From positions 8,531,093 through 8,595,092 of the forward strand of contig CAVNZM010000004.1 in the NCBI GenBank assembly GCA_963693365.1: 64,000 bases of DNA, written 5' to 3'. The notes beneath the pieces are model-generated. The model was not told where the DNA came from. It searched no databases and saw nothing but the letters and a program-made list of their open reading frames with translations. The DNA is from Amoebidium appalachense. Its lineage: Eukaryota > Protista > Ichthyosporea. The position numbers were made by a program, and so were the translations under genes. This document shows, piece after piece, positions 57,491-64,000 of the stretch (position 1 is its first letter; the number at the start of each line of letters is the position of its first letter).

Positions 57491-58494
57491 ATGTATGCAC
57501 GTGCGGATGCGTGCACGGGCGTGTGTGTATGTGTGTGCGGGGAGGGGGGTTGGGGGAGGGAGGAGGGGAAAGAGTGGGGGTGGATGTGCGTGCGTGCATC
57601 GTTGCATGGGTGTGTGCACGTGTGCACGTGCGTGCACGTGTGTGTGTGTGGTGTGTGTGTGTGCGTGTGTGTGCAACGAGGAGCTAGGGCTAGTGTGAGC
57701 ATGGGTGGGTTGGTGGACAGTTGGATGGGTGTGCCACGTGTGTACTTCTGCCCACGGGTCTGTGTAGGTGTGGGTGTGACACGTATGTGTTTAGCGTGTA
57801 TGTACTTATGAATGGATCACACGTGTGTGTGTGTGTGTGTGTGTATGTGTGTGTGTTTTTGTGTGTGTGTGTGTGTGTGTGCGTGTGTGTGCTCGCACGT
57901 GTATGTGTGTGGGTGTGTATGTGTGTGTGTGTAAGCGCATATGCACGCGTTGTGTGCGTGTGCATGTGGCTAAATCGTAGCATAGTCGATGGTGTGTACA
58001 TGGTTACACACTGAAACAACCCTCGTCACAAGCACACTTGTTAGGTATATCTCAAATTATTCAAAGGAGCTGTACTATATGAAGCCTTCCACAACCCAAC
58101 CGTCCCCCCCTTCCCCCCTTCCCCCCTCCCCCTTGCCCTCTCCCCCCGAGTGTTCCCCGGCCCCTACCCCTTTGCACTGAATGGTTCCATAACAGGTTTT
58201 GGGTCTGGATGGGAAACCTTAAAGAGAGAGCTGGGTGTGGTGTAGGACGAAAAATGAAAATGTGAAAGTGTGTGTGTGAGAGTGTGTGTGTTTGTTGTTT
58301 TTTTCCATTGGACGGGTGGTGGGGGGGGAGGGGTGGGGGGAGAAGGAACGAAAGTGAGGGCGCTGGTGTACCATGCAGGCATTGCATTTAAGCTAAAGAC
58401 GGCATCCGAGTGCCTGTGTGCCAAGGATGCTGCAGGGGAAAGGAGGTGGTGGTGGTGGTGGTGGTGGTTGTGATTGCGTGTGTGTGTGTGTGTA

Positions 58495-58525
<31 letters not shown>

Positions 58526-59003
58526 GAGAAGGGGGGAGGGAAGGGCGGAGCCAATACCTGTTTATCCATGCCACCAGTTTGCTATCTGGGAGCAGGCCGT
58601 CGACAAACCACCTCCCAAGTGTTCCCTGCGACGGCTCAAACGAAAACCCTGCGGCCAGGCCATCCAGAGGTGCAAATATATCCGGGATAGTGGCCAGAAG
58701 GTTATCTCGTTCTGTCCCGCATGAATTCGTCGGATATACCTCCTGGCCGGCTGATGATTGGGGGTTGGAATCCTCGGTAAGGCGATCGGCACCGGTGGTG
58801 CATGGGAGACGGGACATTTTCTCCGTGAAATTTTGCCATGCCCAGAAGGCTTTCTCCTGTTGGGGGATACTTCGGGTTAGTTTATCCGAGTATTCAGTCC
58901 GATTCTTGGCTGTATAGAGGCTTGTGAGGCACTCTTCAGGGATGTTTGGTGTTCACACAAGTGGTTGTCTTTCACGAACAAAATAACCATCAGTCTATGG
59001 GGC

Positions 59004-59088
<85 letters not shown>

Positions 59089-60539
59089 TGTGTTTGTGTG
59101 TTTATTTTTGTGGGGGGGGGGGGGGGGGGGGGGAAGGGAGGAGGGGAGAGGGGAAATGTTTACCTGTGCCAAACGTGCATGGTTAACGTATATCTCGTCT
59201 GATTGCAGTGGCTGGGACCACCAATAGAGATCGTCTATCTCCCCGTACAGGAAGTCTGTAGGCTGGCACTCGCTGGGGATATCCTCCCTGCACCGTGCCC
59301 CAATATACCACGGCAGGCCCGATGGATAGCTTGTGAATCTCTCCCCAGATATGATCGCTGCGGGGGGAATGGGGGGGGGAGGGAGGGGGGAGGGGCGGGG
59401 GGGGGGGGGGGGGGAGGGTTGAATGTGTGAGTGGTGGAAGAATCATTGGGAAAGCACACGGGGGGAATGCACCGTGGCCGGGAACTGAAGCACAGTGTTC
59501 CAGTCTGCCTACCTTCAACATGCCGCCGAAGTTCTAATGCTAAATCCAATACGGTATTGCTTGCTTTCTTCCTTGATTTTACGAAACACCAACATCCAGC
59601 ATTTGCGATCACCCTAAAGAATGAAACTATTTAAGAAGCACCAGCACAAACTTTATATTAGTGTTACTACCCGATAACACATTCACCAGCATTTTTCCCA
59701 ATGCATACCTGTGCCTAGAGGCAAGGCGTTCTCATAGACGGTCACGTTAGTGCCGACTTCCTCAGCATACCGAACCACTATGGTGATGTGGCTGATAACA
59801 CCCCGGGGTGGTGTGGGTGTTGCAGTGGGGTCAGGTATAGCATCGCCCGATCTGCTTAGATGAGGCAAAAGGAAGAGGGGGGGGGGGGGGGGGGGGGGAG
59901 AGGGGGGGGGAAAGGGGGGGGGGGGGGGGGGTATGATGAGAGTGGTGGGGGTAGGGATGAAGGGGAAAGGTGATGATGGTGGTGGTGGTGATGGCGCAGG
60001 GGGAGGGGTTGAAGAGGAGGAGGGGAGGAGGTGTGCCCGTGTTTGTGTGCGTGTGTTGGGGGAAGGGGGAGGGGCGGAAGGCGGGAGGGGGGGGGGGGGG
60101 GGGGGAGGAGGATTAAAGTTTGAGATAAGAGTAGGAGAAGTGGCAGCAACCGCGACGTGTGGTGGGCATTTTGTTTTTTTGCTTTTTTTCTTCTTTTTTT
60201 TTTTGGGGGGGGGGGGGGAGGTGAGGGAGTTGGGGGGAGGGGGGAGCGGGGTGAAGGGGGGTGGGGGCGGGGGGTGGGGCGGGGTGGGGGGAGGGGGGAG
60301 GTGGGACACGAGGTGATAAGGAAGCAGGAAGAAGGGAAGGAAGGGGAGCAGGGGACAGGCGAGTAAGAGGAGTGGGATCAGGTGGGGTCAAAACCCGGTT
60401 GCTTGGCTGGATTAGCACTTGCATTGGTTACAAAGAAAAGAAGGTAATGAACCCATACTGGCCAATGAGGGCACACGTGCGTGTGTGAGTGTGTCGATGG
60501 TGGTGGTGAGGGTAGTGGTGTTGGGGGTGTTTTTTTTTT

Positions 60540-60580
<41 letters not shown>

Positions 60581-60631
60581 AAGGGGGTAGGGGAGGGGTG
60601 GAAAGATGGGATCCAGAGAGGTGAGGTGGAA

Positions 60632-60715
<84 letters not shown>

Positions 60716-61431
60716 TGTGTGTGTGCGCGCGCGTGTACGTGTGCGTGTGCGTACGCGTGCTCACGCGCGTGTGCGTGTTTTTTTTTTTTTGGGGGGGGGG
60801 GGGGGAGAGGCGCTAATATGCGGATACATCTGTTGGAGGGGGGGGATGGGGGGGGGGGGAGAAGGGGGGGGGGCTCTACGGAAGAGAAAGTAAGATATTT
60901 AGAGGGTGGGAAGGTCAAAGGAGCAGGGAGGGAGGGGTCTGTCTGTACCTTTCCGTTATAGCTGCCGGTTCGAAGAACATTCGGCGAGTGCCCATTGTGA
61001 CGGAGTACTTCCTGTTGTGGAGGCCGAAGGCAAAAGCATGCCTCAACTTGAAGCCATCAATGGACGGTTTGCTGATGATGGTCTGGTCGTGCCACGAGTG
61101 CGGGCGCATCCACATTTCAACAGTAAATTGGTCTCCCACCGGGAATTCCCACGCAGTTAGGTACTGAGGGTCAGAAAGCCGTGTTAGTACATGAAAAACA
61201 AGAGCTAACGGAGGCAACCCTCCCCCTCCCTCCCCCCTTCACCTCCTCCCCTCCCCCCCCCCCCCCCCCCCTCCCCCCCCCCTCCCCCGATCCCCTCACC
61301 AGGAGCCTTTCCTACCCCCTGTCCCCGCCCCCCCCCCACACAAAAACAGCAAGGGACAGAGAAAGCGAACGTGAAAAGGAAAATGTAAACCAGGGGGAAA
61401 GTATGTGCGCACGCACCCGCACCCGCACCCG

Positions 61432-61482
<51 letters not shown>

Positions 61483-63413
61483 ACACACACCCAGAAAATT
61501 TTCCCGGATTCACCTTGGGATGATCAACCTCGGTAGACGGGAAAGCATGATGGTTGTGGTGGTCAGATGGGTTGTCCAAACGTGTGGTGTTTGGGTATGG
61601 CCAGGCAGGTTGTATGTGTGTGCGTGCTTGGGGGAAGGGGGTGGGGCGGGACGGGGGGAGAGGGGGAGGGGGGAAGGGGCAGGGGAGGGGGGGGGGGGGA
61701 GGGGGGGGGGTAGGCAGGGGGGGGGGGGGGGAGGGAGGGGGTGGGAATAGAAAAGTGTATGGGGAAGTTGTGTGTTTTGGGGGGGAGGGGGGGGGGGGGG
61801 GGGGGGGGGGGTTGGGACGGGGGAAGGGGGAGGCGGCTATGAAGGAGCTGGACTTGCCTGCATATCCATGAGCTTGAGAGCATTCCCTGTTGCTGGAACT
61901 GCCGGTGGGTCATCTTCAGCCTGAAAGTGAAGGTTGATGGACGGGGGCAGCATGTTGCCGCAGTCCGTCTCAGACGCACACAGTGTGAGGGAGAGGAGGA
62001 GGGAGTTTGCGTCCACGTCTATCTCCCCCTGCACCAAGGACCTCGTGTAGTTGTGCATGACGTACACCAGTGGGGATGCAAGGTGCTCGATAGGGTGGAG
62101 GGTGGGCTGGTCCAGGGAGGTGATGGTGAGGTTTCCGATTTTGAGAGGCCACTGGAGCGGAATGGAGGGGGTGGGAATATCGGACGTGTAGCTGATGTTG
62201 AAGTGGGTAACACCCGAGGCTTTGAAGAAGCTGTGGCCGGAGTATGGGAGTCGTTAAAGAAATGTTGCATATCGATGTATTCCACAATTGCATGTGCGCT
62301 TTTGCCCTTATGTTGGGCATTATTTATATATATGGCATTGCAGTTGTTGTTGCGCCCCTCTCAAATTCTTATCAAGGAAAGGACCCAACAGCTCACCCAG
62401 GTGCACATTGAGGTGGGGGTTGGGGTTGCAAAGGGGATGGGGGGGAAGGAGGCGGGGGGAGGAGGGTGGAGGAGGGGGGAGTGGGGGGGGGGGGGGGGGG
62501 GGAGGGGGGGGGAGGGGGGGAATGGCCGGTAGCAAAGGGTCATTAGTCCAACGTAGCACTCGAGCAAGGGCAGGTACTTCCCTCAGAGTGGCCAGGAGTT
62601 TGGTGGTGCTGGTGATGGTTGGGGGAGGGGCAAGGGGGGGAAGGGAGGGGCAGGATGCATTTTTGAATTTTTCTTTGGGGGGGGGAGGTGAGGGAGGGTA
62701 GAGGCTATGGCTGAGATTCATGTAAGACCTGAGTGGTTAGTGGATAAATGCATGGCTGAGCCAGGGGTTTGATGCACATGCACGGTCGAGGGGCACACAC
62801 ACCTTAATCCGTCGGCCGTAAGTATGGTTCTGTTCACAACTGCCCCCGGGTAGGCTATAGCGGCAACCATGTCCCCAATGATGGGGAATGGGGACGGAAC
62901 GAGGGTGAATGCCTGGAACAGGGGATCGTTGAAGCGATCCCACACCATCCCCACAAACTCCTTGTAGCTGGTGCGGTTGAGAGCTCCACAGAAACTGCAG
63001 TTTCGCCACAGGTGGTAACTGCAGGAGGAAGGGTGTGTGTGGGATTATGGGTAAGAGTTGTGCCAAAAAGGGAAGGGGGGAGGGAGGGAGGGAAAGGACA
63101 GCAACAACACTGAGAGAAGGAGAGGGGCAGGGGAGGGGGGAGCCGGGACTGAAATGGGGAGGGTGGTATATGTGCGTGTCTGCTTTGTTTTTGAGGGGGT
63201 GGAGAGGGGGGGGGGGGGGGTAGGAGGCCGAAGGGCAGGAAGTGGGAGAACTAGAGTATCAAAGCTTAGACTGCTTGCACCCTGCTGTTGTGAGATTCAC
63301 ACCCGAGACACAGCTAAAGTCAGGGTGGCTCTGCAGGAAGGTGCACGAGATTCAAGTTGTTAAAAATACTCTTCGTTTCCACCCATAACCTCAACGTGTT
63401 CCACTACCCCCCC

Positions 63414-63444
<31 letters not shown>

Positions 63445-63876
63445 AAAAAAAAAAAATAGAAAACAAAAAAGAAAAAACTTCACGAGAATTCGCCATACAC
63501 CTTTCCCATCCAAGCCCATCCCAACACCTTCCTGCTCTACCACAACAGTAACCAATAAAACTCAGCAAGATGCGCCATAAAGGAGAGACCAACACCCATA
63601 TGGATTTTTTTGCTTTTTGCTTGTATGCACACACACGCACACACATACCCGAGGTTTGCACCAGACGTTGCCAACCCGCCATGGCGCGAGACATTAAACA
63701 CCCGAATCTCATCAAGTAGCCCGCACAGGAACTTCACCGTGAGGGGCCCATATGCGCTCCCTCTCCTCTCGGCGCCAAAGTACCATTCGTACTTGTGCAT
63801 GTTGCTGCTGCCTAGGAACTGTAGGCCAGTGACGCTCCCTTGGTCGGCGCCGTTGCGATACATGGTCATAACGGAC
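50659..63876 (-). CDS. Class C (GABA-B/mGluR-like 7tm_3) GPCR with a very large ectodomain containing at least two LamG/concanavalin-like modules; 5'-partial, >1320 aa
   Basis: Fifteen exons join in phase: 63876-63649, 63018-62803, 62230-61858, 61163-60949, 59851-59709, 59357-59164, 58856-58558, 57253-57080, 56791-56573, 55820-55669, 55146-55061, 54404-54198, 53613-53392, 52821-52573 and 51645-50659. Class C motifs: [10 protein letters not shown] (ICL1), [12 protein letters not shown] (TM3), [23 protein letters not shown] (TM5-TM6). LamG-like motifs: GNALKL...[14 protein letters not shown]...[22 protein letters not shown]...[13 protein letters not shown]. Confidence 0.88.
53623..53806. repeat. 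Degenerate ~57-bp tandem repeat (3 units plus a fragment) at the 3' end of a GPCR intron
   Basis: Units start at 53623, 53681, 53738 and 53793. The shared pattern is GCA.ATCACA...GTTAGATAT....GAGGG.G....GTGTTGT. Confidence 0.85.
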
Positions 63877-64000
63877 CTAAAATAAACATTTCGGAGGGAA
63901 TGAGTTTTGTGTTAATGTTTGTGGTGGGCGGCACAAGGTATGGGCTTGATAATCAAAATGAAGGGGTTAGCTTCACGGGTCGGGGTATTAACTGAATGAG

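Noticed and set aside
62320-62721. 133-aa minus-strand ORF inside the GPCR locus
   Set aside because: Runs through poly-C to a stop, and the flanking exon ends at 62803 and 62230 join in phase without it.

Overview
Intron-rich eukaryotic nuclear DNA. The gene set and the animal-type tRNA-iMet primer site suggest a unicellular holozoan, which is inference only. Introns and intergenic DNA are saturated with (CA)n/(GT)n, (CT)n and poly-G/poly-C tracts, so almost all ORF-track entries are low-complexity artefacts. Splicing exons by hand, with phases checked, gives seven protein genes: the 3' end of a PGAP4-like glycosyltransferase (+); an 11-exon RBBP4/7 histone chaperone (-); divergent from it, an RG-rich protein with two tandem bacterial-type SpoVS (Alba-like) domains (+); cyclin Y (+); a 569-aa disordered orphan (+); an intronless, GC3-rich ZP-module-like membrane protein (-); and the 3' 15 exons of a class C-type 7TM receptor with LamG-like ectodomain modules (-). 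There is also a tRNA-Pro(CGG) and a young copia-type miniature LTR retrotransposon (TRIM) primed by half-tRNA-iMet. The most notable observations are the eukaryotic RG plus tandem-SpoVS gene sharing an E2F/CCAAT promoter with RBBP4, polarised GT/CA microsatellites that replace polypyrimidine tracts at splice sites, and a ~55-nt motif whose nine clear copies all lie sense to their host genes. All homology calls come from recognising motifs by eye; no database search was run.
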